Shown here: positions 20,727-30,325 of the stretch, piece by piece
How the letters are laid out: each line of letters starts with the position of its first letter
Numbering within the stretch: position 1 is the stretch's first letter
DNA from: an uncultured Robiginitalea sp.
GTDB taxonomy: Bacteria > Bacteroidota > Bacteroidia > Flavobacteriales > Flavobacteriaceae
Direction: 5' to 3'
DNA length: 64,000 bases
Assembly (NCBI GenBank): GCA_964461555.1
Contig: CAYWZF010000005.1
Location: forward strand, 930 to 64,929
Translations under genes and position numbers: made by a program
The notes under the pieces: model-generated
The model's database searches: none
What the model saw: only the letters and a program-made list of their open reading frames with translations
What the model was told of the DNA's origin: nothing

Positions 20727-22091
20727 ATGCGAATCCATTTCATTGCCATCGGGGGCAGTGCCATGCACAACCTGGCCCTCGCCCTCTCCGACAAAGGCTA
20801 CCAGATCAGCGGGAGCGACGATGTGATCTTTGAACCTTCCCGAACCCGCCTGCAGGCGGCCGGCCTGTTGCCCGAGGCCATGGGCTGGTTCCCCGAAAAG
20901 ATCGGCCCGGGCCTCGATGCGGTGATTCTGGGCATGCACGCCAGGGCCGACAACCCCGAATTGCTCCGGGCCCGCGAGCTGGGCCTGACCGTGTATTCCT
21001 ATCCCGAATTCCTGTATGAGCAATCGCGCCACAAAACCCGCGTGGTCATAGGCGGCAGCCACGGCAAGACCACCATTACCTCCATGATCCTGCACGTGCT
21101 GCGCTACTGGGGCATAGAAACCGATTTCATGGTTGGGGCCCAGCTGGAGGGGTTTGACCGCATGGTCCACCTGACCGACACCAACGAATTCATCGTGCTG
21201 GAAGGGGATGAATACCTTTCCTCTGCCCTCGACCGCAGGCCCAAGTTCCACCTGTACCAGCCCAATATCGCCCTGCTCAGCGGCATCGCCTGGGACCACA
21301 TCAACGTGTTCCCCACCTTTGAGTCGTACCGGGAGCAATTCCGGATCTTCCTGGAGACCCTCGTTCCGGGCGGCAGCATCACTTATAACGCGGAAGACCC
21401 GGAGGTGGCCGCCCTGGTAGAAGCCCTGGAGGCCCCGGTCCGCAAATTCCCCTACAGCACCCCCCCATACCGGGTGGCCGGCGGGCAAACCCTGCTGGAG
21501 ACCCCTGAAGGGCCCATGCCGCTTGAGGTTTTCGGCAGGCACAACCTGAGCAACCTGGCAGGCGCCAAATGGATCTGCCAGCAGATGGGGGTAGACGAGG
21601 CTGACTTTTACGAGGCGATCGCTTCGTTCAGGGGGGCTTCCAAAAGGCTGGAGCTGCTCGGCAGCGGGGCCGGCGCCGCTATCTACAAAGACTTTGCGCA
21701 TTCCCCCAGCAAGGTCGCAGCCACCACCCGGGCGGTACGGGAACAGTACCCGGGCCGGCGCCTGGTGGCCTGCCTGGAGCTGCATACCTACAGCAGCCTC
21801 AACGCCGATTTTTTGGAGGGGTACAGGGGCAGCCTCGACGCCGCTGACACGGCCCTGGTGTTCTACATCCCGGAATCGCTCCAGATCAAGGGGCTGCAGC
21901 CCCTGGCGCCCGACGACATCAGGGCGGCCTTTGGCCGGGAAGGCCTGGAAGTCTTCACCCAAACGGCGGCCCTGCAGGAGTACCTGCGGCAATGCCCCCT
22001 TGACGACACCGTCCTTTTGCTGATGAGCAGCGGGAATTACGGGGGTCTCGACCTCGATGCCCTGGTAGCCCGCCTGCCCGCCCGGGCCTGA
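20727..22091 (+). CDS. Mur ligase, Mpl/MurC-like (murein peptide ligase)
   Basis: IHFIAIGGSAM, GSHGKTT, EGDEY, DFAHSP; start moved to ATG 20727. Confidence 0.88.
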   Translation: MRIHFIAIGGSAMHNLALALSDKGYQISGSDDVIFEPSRTRLQAAGLLPEAMGWFPEKIGPGLDAVILGMHARADNPELLRARELGLTVYSYPEFLYEQSRHKTRVVIGGSHGKTTITSMILHVLRYWGIETDFMVGAQLEGFDRMVHLTDTNEFIVLEGDEYLSSALDRRPKFHLYQPNIALLSGIAWDHINVFPTFESYREQFRIFLETLVPGGSITYNAEDPEVAALVEALEAPVRKFPYSTPPYRVAGGQTLLETPEGPMPLEVFGRHNLSNLAGAKWICQQMGVDEADFYEAIASFRGASKRLELLGSGAGAAIYKDFAHSPSKVAATTRAVREQYPGRRLVACLELHTYSSLNADFLEGYRGSLDAADTALVFYIPESLQIKGLQPLAPDDIRAAFGREGLEVFTQTAALQEYLRQCPLDDTVLLLMSSGNYGGLDLDALVARLPARA

Positions 22092-22535
22092 TCATTTTCC
22101 GAATTGCCGAAGGTGGTGGTCGAGGTGTTTGTACTGCAACTGCCCCCACTGCTGCGGGGTGAATGACCCGAACAGGGGGTGCTGGTTCCACTGCTCGCGC
22201 GATTTGAGTTCGTGGAAGTCACGTACCAGCCCCTTAAGCACCGGCAGCTCCACATCGAAATCGCGGGGTTCCACCGCCTTGGCAAGCGGGCTGGTGGGCA
22301 GGTTTTTGCGCCAGGGGCGGTCGTTGTAAAGACTTTTCTTGAACAGCCAGCGCAACAGCGGATTCAATTTGGTTTCGCCTTCCTTGTTGGCAATGGCCAC
22401 TTTGAGCGGAATCTGGCAGTGCCATACCATCTGGCCGACGGTCATTTTTCCCCAGAGGGGGGTACTGTCAGCCTCGAGGGCATTGAGCCGGTCGAGGATT
22501 TCCTGGTAAGCCTGGGCTTCGAAGAGGGATTTCAT
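22092..22535 (-). CDS. DUF1569 / DinB-like protein
   Basis: WGKMTVGQMVWHC, HPLFG, KHLDHHLRQFG; start moved to ATG 22535. Confidence 0.82.
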   Translation of the reverse strand: MKSLFEAQAYQEILDRLNALEADSTPLWGKMTVGQMVWHCQIPLKVAIANKEGETKLNPLLRWLFKKSLYNDRPWRKNLPTSPLAKAVEPRDFDVELPVLKGLVRDFHELKSREQWNQHPLFGSFTPQQWGQLQYKHLDHHLRQFGK

Positions 22536-22613
22536 GGTGCGTTTTGCAATAAAAGTACGGAATTGGGCCAGCCTGATCGGAAAATTCACCCAAAAATCGT
22601 TAACTGAACCCCT

Positions 22614-23309
22614 ATGAGTTCAGACTTCGAACACCAGGTAATCAGGGAGTGGGCACGGGCAGAGCGCCCGCGCGAACGGTTGATGGAGCAGGGGGGCCGT
22701 ACGCTCTCAGATGCCGAGCTGCTGGCCGTGGTGCTGGGCTCCGGCACCCGCTCCGAAACCGCCGTCGACCTGGCCCGTCGCCTGTTGCGCGAAAGCGGGG
22801 ACGGGTTCTGGGGCCTGGCCCGGTTCTCGGCCGACCGCCTGCAGCAATTCCGCGGGGTGGGCCCGGCCCGGGCTGCCGCGGTTACGGCTGCCCTCGAAAT
22901 CGCCCGCCGGTTTTCGGAACCCCCCGTGCGCACGGCACCCATAAAGGAAAGCCGCGACGCCTACAGCATCCTGAAACCCCTGCTGGCCCACCTGGGCCAC
23001 GAGGAATTCTGGGTGTTGTGCCTGAACAACGCCAACCGGGTGCTGACCTGCTTTCAGCTGAGCAAGGGGGGCATTACCGGCACCCTGGTAGATGTGCGCC
23101 TCATTTTGCGCAGGGCCCTGGAAACGGGGGCGGTCGGGCTTATTTTGGCACATAACCACCCCTCGGGGAACCTGCGGCCGAGCAAGGCTGACCGGGAGAT
23201 AACCCGGAAGGTCAGCAAGGCATCAGCCACGATGGACATACGGGTTTTGGACCATTTGATCGTAAGTGGCGCGGAATATTTTAGCTTTGCAGATGAACAA
23301 ATGCTCTGA
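22614..23309 (+). CDS. radC: RadC family JAB-domain protein
   Basis: RPRERL..LSDAELLA, GVGPARA, EEFW, HNHPSG, LDHLIV. Confidence 0.93.
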   Translation: MSSDFEHQVIREWARAERPRERLMEQGGRTLSDAELLAVVLGSGTRSETAVDLARRLLRESGDGFWGLARFSADRLQQFRGVGPARAAAVTAALEIARRFSEPPVRTAPIKESRDAYSILKPLLAHLGHEEFWVLCLNNANRVLTCFQLSKGGITGTLVDVRLILRRALETGAVGLILAHNHPSGNLRPSKADREITRKVSKASATMDIRVLDHLIVSGAEYFSFADEQML

Positions 23310-23312
23310 ACC

Positions 23313-24614
23313 TTGGCCGTCCTGCTCATTTACACCCACAAGATCAGCCCGCGTTTCACCTATATCATGCGCCACCTCTTTACGCGCATGCTGGGCATCG
23401 AGGTCCGCTTCAGCAGCAAGGTCGAAGACTTCATCGGGCACAAGGGTCCCAAGATCACCTATACCCGCCAGCCCCTGCAGAACGAGTTCTTCATCCGCAG
23501 CCATGAGCTGCTTTTCCGGCAGGGGGTAGAAGAGGTCGAGATACAGCTGGGCGACTGGGACGGCCTCCCGTGTTTTTTCCGGACCGGGGAGCGCAGCAAC
23601 CTCCCGTACGATATCTTCGCGGCTTCCTTCTACCTGATCAGCCGGTATGAAGAATACCTGCCCCACATGAAGGACGCCCACGGCCGCTTTCCCCCGGCCG
23701 AAAGCCTGGCCCACCAGCACGGCTTTCTGCACCTGCCCCTGGTAGACCTCTGGGCGTACCGGCTGCTGGCCGTGCTGCAGGAGCGTTTCCCCGAGCTCCG
23801 GGCCAAACCCGAGGCCTATACCTTCAGGCCGGTGATCGACGTGACTACCTCCCACGCCTATGCACACCGCGGGTTCTTCCGGAGCGCCGCCGGTTTCTTC
23901 TACGACCTTTCCCGTTTCCAGTTCAGGCGGATCTGGGAGCGTATCCGGGTCTGGATCAACCCATCCCGCGATCCGTACGACAATTTTGAAACCCTGATCG
24001 CCCTGCACCGGAAGTACCCGGTTGAGGCCGTGTTCTTTTTCCAGTTTGCGGAATATTCCACCTACGACAAGAATGTTTCCCCCCACAACAACAAATTCCG
24101 CTTCCTGATCAAGTCGGTGGCCGACTATTCCCCGGTTGCCCTGGGTGTTTCCTATACGGCCGCCGGGAATCCCGAGGTCATGAGGCAGGAGAAGAAAAAC
24201 CTCGCAGAGGTGCTCCACAGGCCGGTTCAAATGGCCCGCATGCGCTACAACCGGGTAGATATCCCCCAGACCTACCGCGACCTGGTCGAAGCTGAGTTCA
24301 CCGATGACTACACCCTCGGGTACACCCACCGGATCGGCTTCAGGGCCAGCACCTGCACGCCCTTCTTTTTCTACGACCTTACCCATGAAACCCAACAGCC
24401 GATACGGGTGGTGCCCTTTGCCTTCCACGACTACGCCCTGCTGACCTTTCCCTCGCGCGAGGCCATCTGGGAAACCCTCGACGGGCTTTACAGGGCCGTC
24501 AGGAAGGTTAACGGCACCTTCTGCTGCATCTTTTCGAACGAATTGCTGGGAGGATACGAAACCGACAGCTGGCTGGCCCTATACGAAGAAGTACTCGCGA
24601 AATACCATGCTTAA
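23313..24614 (+). CDS. Polysaccharide deacetylase-like protein (DUF7033-like N-terminus)
   Basis: DIFAASFYLISRYEEY, IDV, DYTLGY..GFRASTC; TTG start inferred. Confidence 0.7.
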   Translation: MAVLLIYTHKISPRFTYIMRHLFTRMLGIEVRFSSKVEDFIGHKGPKITYTRQPLQNEFFIRSHELLFRQGVEEVEIQLGDWDGLPCFFRTGERSNLPYDIFAASFYLISRYEEYLPHMKDAHGRFPPAESLAHQHGFLHLPLVDLWAYRLLAVLQERFPELRAKPEAYTFRPVIDVTTSHAYAHRGFFRSAAGFFYDLSRFQFRRIWERIRVWINPSRDPYDNFETLIALHRKYPVEAVFFFQFAEYSTYDKNVSPHNNKFRFLIKSVADYSPVALGVSYTAAGNPEVMRQEKKNLAEVLHRPVQMARMRYNRVDIPQTYRDLVEAEFTDDYTLGYTHRIGFRASTCTPFFFYDLTHETQQPIRVVPFAFHDYALLTFPSREAIWETLDGLYRAVRKVNGTFCCIFSNELLGGYETDSWLALYEEVLAKYHA

Positions 24615-25296
24615 GCATCCGATCACCGACATTTTCTTCGACCTCGACCATACCCTCTGGGATTTCGAGCGCAATTCGGCCCTGACCTACCGCACCATCT
24701 TCGACGATCATGGCATTGACGTGCGCATGGAGGAATTCCTGGAGGTCTACGTGCCCCAGAACCTGCATTACTGGAAGCTTTACCGCGAAGGGCAGATCAC
24801 CAAGGAATCGCTTCGGTACCGGCGGCTACGCACTGTTTTCGATCACCTGGGCTATGCGGTCGGCGATTCAGACATTCACCGCCTGTCAGAGGCTTACATC
24901 GAGCGCCTTTCGACCCATACCCACCTGATGCCCTACGCCCTGGAGATATTGGAGTACCTCAGGGGGGGCTACCGGCTGCACATCATCACCAACGGCTTCG
25001 AGGAAGTGCAGTTCCGGAAGCTGCGCAACAGCCGCATCGATCATTTCTTCACCGAGGTGATCCACTCCGAACGGGCCGGGGCCCAGAAACCCCATCCGAG
25101 GATTTTCCAAATGGCCCTGGAGGTGGCCGGGGTCTCCGCAGAGCGTTCCCTGATGATCGGCGACAGCCTCGAGGCAGATATCCTCGGCGCCCAGGCCTCC
25201 GGGCTGCAGGCCCTGCATTTTAACGTCCACAACGACCCTCCCCATGATTATTGCCCGATAATCAGCCATCTGAGTGAAATAAAAAGGCATTTGTAG
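24607..25296 (+). CDS. yjjG: YjjG family HAD nucleotidase
   Basis: FDLDHTLWDF, ITNGF, KPHPRIF, IGDSLEADILGA. Confidence 0.88.
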   Translation: MLKHPITDIFFDLDHTLWDFERNSALTYRTIFDDHGIDVRMEEFLEVYVPQNLHYWKLYREGQITKESLRYRRLRTVFDHLGYAVGDSDIHRLSEAYIERLSTHTHLMPYALEILEYLRGGYRLHIITNGFEEVQFRKLRNSRIDHFFTEVIHSERAGAQKPHPRIFQMALEVAGVSAERSLMIGDSLEADILGAQASGLQALHFNVHNDPPHDYCPIISHLSEIKRHL

Positions 25297-25368
25297 AGTT
25301 ATTAGAAGGGAACGCGCTATGAATCGCCGGGCCGCGGTTTGACCGGGGCAGGCTGAGAAAAAATTGCC

Positions 25369-25917
25369 ATGAAAAAGCCCTTCCGTATCCTGGCCGCCCT
25401 GTTAAGCCTGCAGGCAGCTATTTCTTGCGTGGAATCCCAGAATTTTGACCAGTACGAAAACCTGTCGGTTACCCCCGACCTGGAGGCCAGCCTGCTGTAC
25501 ATGGAAGCTACCGAAGCGATGATCAACGAGGCGCCCGGGGTTGATTTCATTGAGGAAACCTTCGCTTTCGAGGCATTCTCGGAGCAATTCGTGGCCGATA
25601 ACCTGCTTGACGGGGTGCTTACCTATGAGGTCGAAAACACGACCAGCAAGCCCCTCCAGCTCCGCATTGAGTTTCTCGATGCCTCCTCAGGCGTCCTCGA
25701 TTCCGAGACATTCCTGGTAGAGGCCGCCCCCACGGCCGTGTTGCGCCGGGAAATCAATTATGGCACCCTCGGGGGGCGCAATATCGACATCCTCCGCAAT
25801 ACTACCCAGTTGCGCATCAGCGCCACCAATCTGGGCGACACCAGCAGCGTTTCTTCCCTGCCCGACCCGAAGATCATTTTGCGTTCCGGTGCCCAATTCA
25901 GGTTCAGGCTGAAATGA
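25369..25917 (+). CDS. Hypothetical lipoprotein
   Basis: Signal peptide ending ISC; acidic N-terminal mature region; stop overlaps next ATG. Confidence 0.72.
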   Translation: MKKPFRILAALLSLQAAISCVESQNFDQYENLSVTPDLEASLLYMEATEAMINEAPGVDFIEETFAFEAFSEQFVADNLLDGVLTYEVENTTSKPLQLRIEFLDASSGVLDSETFLVEAAPTAVLRREINYGTLGGRNIDILRNTTQLRISATNLGDTSSVSSLPDPKIILRSGAQFRFRLK

Positions 25918-27377
25918 GGCAGCTGCTCTTTTGGTGCCTCCTTGCCGCGACTGTTGTGACGCCCCTTCGGGCTCAGAACAGGCAACTCCTGTACGATTTT
26001 ATGGAGATCCCCCAGGCACTGCTGCTCAATCCCGGGGCCAGGGCCGAATTTCAATGGTATGCCGGCGTGCCCCTGCTGTCGGGAATTTCGGTTCAGGGAC
26101 GGGCGAGCGGCATATCGGTAAACGACCTCTTTGCCGATGACGGCCTCGATATCAACGACAAGGTTCGCGACCGGGCCATAAACGGATTAAGCCCGCGGGA
26201 CGAATTCGGCACCACGATACAGGCCGAACTCCTCAGCGGCGGGTTCAGGGGGCGCGAACACCCCGAGAATTTCTACTCCTTCGGCATCTACAGCCTGGCA
26301 GATGCCATCACATACTGGCCGGGCGACCTGGCCGAACTGGCCTGGGAGGGCAATGCCGGGCAGCTGGGCAGGCGCTACCGCCTGGCCCACCTGAAGACCC
26401 GGGGCGATGTGCTCAACGTGTTCCATTTCGGCATCAACAAACAGCTCGACAACCGCTGGACGGTCGGTGCCCGGGCCAAGGTTTACAGCGGCATGGTGAG
26501 CTTCAAAAGCAGCACCAACTCGGGGTATTTCCTCACCGAACCCGGCAGCAATAACCTGCTGCGCAGCATCCTCGATGCCGACATGCAATTGCGCTCTTCG
26601 GGCTTTGAGGCCATACGGCGCATCCTCGATGACGACCCGGCCGACCCGGCGGCCGAAATAAGGCGCGAAATGGTGAGCCGCGGCTTTTTCGGGGGCGACC
26701 TGGGCCTGGGCTTCGATGTGGGCTTTACCCATAACCTCAGCAACCGCCTGCTCCTTACCGCCAGCCTGCTCGATGTCGGCTTTCTGCTGCACAGCTCAGA
26801 TGTGCGGAATTTTACCCTGCAGGGGAGGGGCGCCATGGAAGGGGTTGAGCTCATCTTCCCCGAGGCGCTTTCGAACCCCGACGGGGAATACTGGCAGCAG
26901 CTTGTTGACCAGCTGGAAGAGCTGGTTCCCTTCGAAGAGAACCAGCGCACCTACCTGAGTTTCCGCCCCACGCAGTTGTACGCCTCCCTGCGCTACAATT
27001 TCGGGCAACGCAACCCGGGAGGGGCCACCTCCTCCTGCGACTGTAATTACCGCGACGGCAAATCGGGCCTGACCCCCTTGCCCGACTACCGCAGCAGCCT
27101 GGGGGGGCAATTGCACATGATCAACCGCCCGAGGGGCCCGCAGGCCGCCCTCACGGTTTTCTACCAAAGGCGATTCTGGAATGCCCTGGCGCTGAAGGCC
27201 ACCTATACGGCAGACAAGTTTACCCTGGCTAACCTGGGCCTGGGGATGAGCCTGCAGGCCGGGCCTGTGGAATTTTACCTGTTGGCCGACAACCTGCTGG
27301 GCTACCGCAACCTGGCCGCCAGCCATATCCAATCTTTCCAGTTCGGATTAAATATCCTATCTTGGGGGCGCAACTGA
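25914..27377 (+). CDS. DUF5723 family putative outer-membrane beta-barrel
   Basis: Signal peptide, PQALLLNPG, GLGFDVG, ASLLDVGF, C-terminal FQFGLNILSW strand. Confidence 0.72.
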   Translation: MRQLLFWCLLAATVVTPLRAQNRQLLYDFMEIPQALLLNPGARAEFQWYAGVPLLSGISVQGRASGISVNDLFADDGLDINDKVRDRAINGLSPRDEFGTTIQAELLSGGFRGREHPENFYSFGIYSLADAITYWPGDLAELAWEGNAGQLGRRYRLAHLKTRGDVLNVFHFGINKQLDNRWTVGARAKVYSGMVSFKSSTNSGYFLTEPGSNNLLRSILDADMQLRSSGFEAIRRILDDDPADPAAEIRREMVSRGFFGGDLGLGFDVGFTHNLSNRLLLTASLLDVGFLLHSSDVRNFTLQGRGAMEGVELIFPEALSNPDGEYWQQLVDQLEELVPFEENQRTYLSFRPTQLYASLRYNFGQRNPGGATSSCDCNYRDGKSGLTPLPDYRSSLGGQLHMINRPRGPQAALTVFYQRRFWNALALKATYTADKFTLANLGLGMSLQAGPVEFYLLADNLLGYRNLAASHIQSFQFGLNILSWGRN

Positions 27378-27392
27378 TTTCAAGGTGTTTCC

Positions 27393-28262
27393 ATGATCCG
27401 ATCCGCAGGTTTCCTCCTGGCTTTGTTCCTGTCGGGCGCGCCCGTTTGGGGGCAGCTCGATGCTTATAAATACGTGGTGGTTCCCACGCATTTCGAGAAT
27501 TTCAAGAAGGCCAACCAGCATCAGACCAGCACTGCCATCAAATACATGTTCACCGAGCAGGGGTATCCGGCTGTCTACGATACCGAACAGCCCACCGAAC
27601 TGAAAGTCCAGCCCTGCCTGGGCGTTTATACCCGCCTGCACGATGAGTCGGGCATGTTTAACACGAAGGTTCGGCTTGAACTGGTAGATTGCGAAGGAAA
27701 AACGGTTTTTGAGACGGCCGAAGGGACCAGCAAGGAAAAGGATTACGTGCAGGCCTATCGGCAAGCGCTTCGCGAGGCCTTCCGTTCCTTTTCAGGCAGG
27801 TCGTATTCCTATACCCCCCCTGCCGCTGAGCCGGCCCGGACCGCCCAACCCCTGGCGCTCCCCCCTGCACAGCCTGCCGCCGAACAAGCCGTGCCGGTGG
27901 CGGCGCAGGCAGCGGCCGCCGTGGCTGCCGCCAACCCGCCCGCCCCTGAAGCCGGAACCGAGCCGGCCACCGTGGTGGTTGCAGCTGTTCCGGAAGCAGC
28001 TCCCATCGCCCAGCCCGACCCAACCGGCGACGAAGGCGCGCCCGAGATCTGGTATGCCCAGCCCATTGCCAACGGCTATCAGCTGGTCGACAGTACGCCC
28101 AGCATCCGCATGAAGCTTATGAACACCTCCCGCAATGACACCTATATCGCCCTGGTAGACGGGCAGGCCCGGGGCAGTGTGTTTCTCTCAGACGGGGTTT
28201 GGGTGCATGAATTCTACGAAGGGGGCACCCTGCACCGTGAGGTGCTCCGCATCAAATTCTAA
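27393..28262 (+). CDS. Secreted hypothetical protein with Pro/Ala-rich linker
   Basis: Signal peptide, YKYVVVP..GTSKEKDY domain, ~80 aa PA-rich linker, YAQPIANGYQLVD domain. Confidence 0.75.
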   Translation: MIRSAGFLLALFLSGAPVWGQLDAYKYVVVPTHFENFKKANQHQTSTAIKYMFTEQGYPAVYDTEQPTELKVQPCLGVYTRLHDESGMFNTKVRLELVDCEGKTVFETAEGTSKEKDYVQAYRQALREAFRSFSGRSYSYTPPAAEPARTAQPLALPPAQPAAEQAVPVAAQAAAAVAAANPPAPEAGTEPATVVVAAVPEAAPIAQPDPTGDEGAPEIWYAQPIANGYQLVDSTPSIRMKLMNTSRNDTYIALVDGQARGSVFLSDGVWVHEFYEGGTLHREVLRIKF

Positions 28263-29536
28263 AAATCGTATTTCCCTTTCCAGCGGGCTTTCAGAAAGTC
28301 GGCAATGGCGTCTTCGCGCCCATTTTTCCCGGCGGTGTAAAAGGATTGGCCTGAAATCGCTTCGGGCAGGTACTCCATCGCCACAAAATTCCCGGGGTGG
28401 TCGTGGGCGTATGCGTAGTCTTCGCCGTACCCCAGGTCTTTCATCAGCCGGGTGGGGGCGTTGCGCAGGGCCAGGGGAACGGGCAGGTCGCCGCTGTTGC
28501 GCACCTCCTGCTGGGCTTTCTTGATGGCCTCGTAGCTGCTGTTGCTCTTGGCCGAAGTTGCCAGGTACAGGGCGCACTGGCTCAAAATGATCCGCGCCTC
28601 CGGGTAGCCGATCACCTGCACCGCCTGGAAGGTAGCGCTGGCCATGACCAGGGCGGTTGGGTTGGCCAGGCCAATGTCTTCAGAGGCCGCGATCAGCATG
28701 CGCCGGGCGATGAATTTGACGTCTTCGCCCCCCTCGATCATGCGGGCCAGCCAGTACACGGCCGCATTGGGGTCGCTGCCCCGGATCGATTTGATGAAGG
28801 CCGAAATGATATCGTAGTGCTGTTCCCCGGCTTTGTCATACCGTGCGGGGGATTGCTGCACTAGTTCGGTGACCCGGGCATTGGTGATCGTAACGGGCCC
28901 TTCTTCGCCGGCCGACACCACCAGCTCAAAAATATTCAGCAGTTTGCGGCCGTCCCCGCCCGAGAGCCGCAGCAGGGCATCGGTCTCGGCCAGGTCAATC
29001 TCGCGGTTGCGCAGCCAGGGGTCGTTTTCCATCGCCCGGTCGAGCAGCCTGAGCAGGTCCTCTTTGCCGAAGGAGTTGAGGGTGTACACCTGGCAGCGCG
29101 ACAACAGGGCCGGAATTACTTCAAAACTCGGGTTTTCGGTGGTGGCCCCTATCAGGGTCACCCAGCCTTTTTCCACGGCCGCCAGCAGGGAGTCTTGCTG
29201 CGATTTGCTGAAGCGGTGGATCTCGTCTATGAAAAGGATGGGGTTTTTGGGGGTGAAAAGCCCCCCGCTCAGCTTGGCTTTGTCGATCACTTCCCGCACG
29301 TCTTTCACCCCGCTGTTGATGGCGGAGAGGGTATAGAAGGGGCGCCCGCTTTCTTCTGCAATGATCTGTGCCAGGGTCGTTTTGCCCGTGCCGGGAGGCC
29401 CCCAGAAGATGAGGGACGGGATGGTTCCGGATCGGATTTGCCGGGTCAGGGCACCTTCCGGGCCCACCAGGTGGCCCTGGCTGATGTAATCGGCGAGCTT
29501 GCGGGGGCGTACGCGTTCGGCCAGCGGTTCGTTCAT
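28259..29536 (-). CDS. rarA: Replication-associated recombination protein A (AAA+ ATPase)
   Basis: PLAERVRP, GPPGTGKTT, FIDEIHRF, ATTENPSF, SAFIKSIRGSD, SEDIGLA. Confidence 0.95.
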   Translation of the reverse strand: MNEPLAERVRPRKLADYISQGHLVGPEGALTRQIRSGTIPSLIFWGPPGTGKTTLAQIIAEESGRPFYTLSAINSGVKDVREVIDKAKLSGGLFTPKNPILFIDEIHRFSKSQQDSLLAAVEKGWVTLIGATTENPSFEVIPALLSRCQVYTLNSFGKEDLLRLLDRAMENDPWLRNREIDLAETDALLRLSGGDGRKLLNIFELVVSAGEEGPVTITNARVTELVQQSPARYDKAGEQHYDIISAFIKSIRGSDPNAAVYWLARMIEGGEDVKFIARRMLIAASEDIGLANPTALVMASATFQAVQVIGYPEARIILSQCALYLATSAKSNSSYEAIKKAQQEVRNSGDLPVPLALRNAPTRLMKDLGYGEDYAYAHDHPGNFVAMEYLPEAISGQSFYTAGKNGREDAIADFLKARWKGKYDF

Positions 29537-29644
29537 AGACTAAAAATACTACAATTCTGCGTTCCGGGGCGGGGTGGGGGAGGGAATTCCGCGGTGGGAA
29601 GGGCCGGGCTCCGGCACTTGCAGCATCGCGGTTGCTGGGCTGGT

Positions 29645-30325
29645 TTATCTGGCAGGGGGCGGGGTATCCTTCCTGGCAGCAATGTACTTTTCGACCACCA
29701 CGGCCGTAATGATCACCAGGTAGAACTGCCCGGCCAGGCCGATCAGCATGGCGGCTTTCCGGGCCACGGGCGTCAGGGGCACGATATCGCCGTAGCCGAT
29801 GGTCATCAGGGTGATGTAGGCATAGTAGAGGAGGGTTTCCGAAAGGGCCCCCGAGGTTCGGTTTGCGGGCAGGCCCGAGAAAGACCCCGGCTGGGCGGCC
29901 TCAATGCCCAGCACCAGGAAAAAGGCGACCAGGCCCAGGGAGACATACCCGCTGATGAGCCCGAAAATGACATTGTGGTTCACTTCCTTTGCCCGCCAGA
30001 CCTGCAAAATGATCTCCACGGTAACCAGGGTATAAAAGCCCGAAAAGAACACGAGGCGCACCAGCTGCAGGCCTCCGCCCGGGTCTTCCCTGTACAGGAG
30101 GCGCGCCAGGTACAGCAGCAGTCCGAAGGCGAATAGCGCAGCATACGACCAAAATGCTTTCCGCCGTGTGGAGATCAGCACGAAACCCGCCGCCAGGTTC
30201 AGGTTGAGGGTGAGGGGAGAGACCCATCGGTCGAAAGCCGGTTCCGGGATGAGCAGGGAGCCGAAAAGGACCATGCAGGCCGTCAGCAGGTACACCTCAA
30301 ACCGGTATTTCCGAAGGTGCTTCAT
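29645..30325 (-). CDS. Potassium channel protein (Ion_trans_2 pore)
   Basis: YYAYITLMTIGYGDIVP selectivity filter; several TM helices; ATG 30325 overlaps the RND stop (TGATG). Confidence 0.85.
   Translation of the reverse strand: MKHLRKYRFEVYLLTACMVLFGSLLIPEPAFDRWVSPLTLNLNLAAGFVLISTRRKAFWSYAALFAFGLLLYLARLLYREDPGGGLQLVRLVFFSGFYTLVTVEIILQVWRAKEVNHNVIFGLISGYVSLGLVAFFLVLGIEAAQPGSFSGLPANRTSGALSETLLYYAYITLMTIGYGDIVPLTPVARKAAMLIGLAGQFYLVIITAVVVEKYIAARKDTPPPAR

Noticed and set aside
22614..23309. radC as a marker of a mobile element
   Set aside because: Full-length chromosomal type with N-terminal HhH region; no integrase, transposase or att-like repeats nearby
27810..28040. GC-rich low-complexity stretch resembling a repeat array
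   Set aside because: It encodes a Pro/Ala linker; no fixed-period repeat or spacer structure
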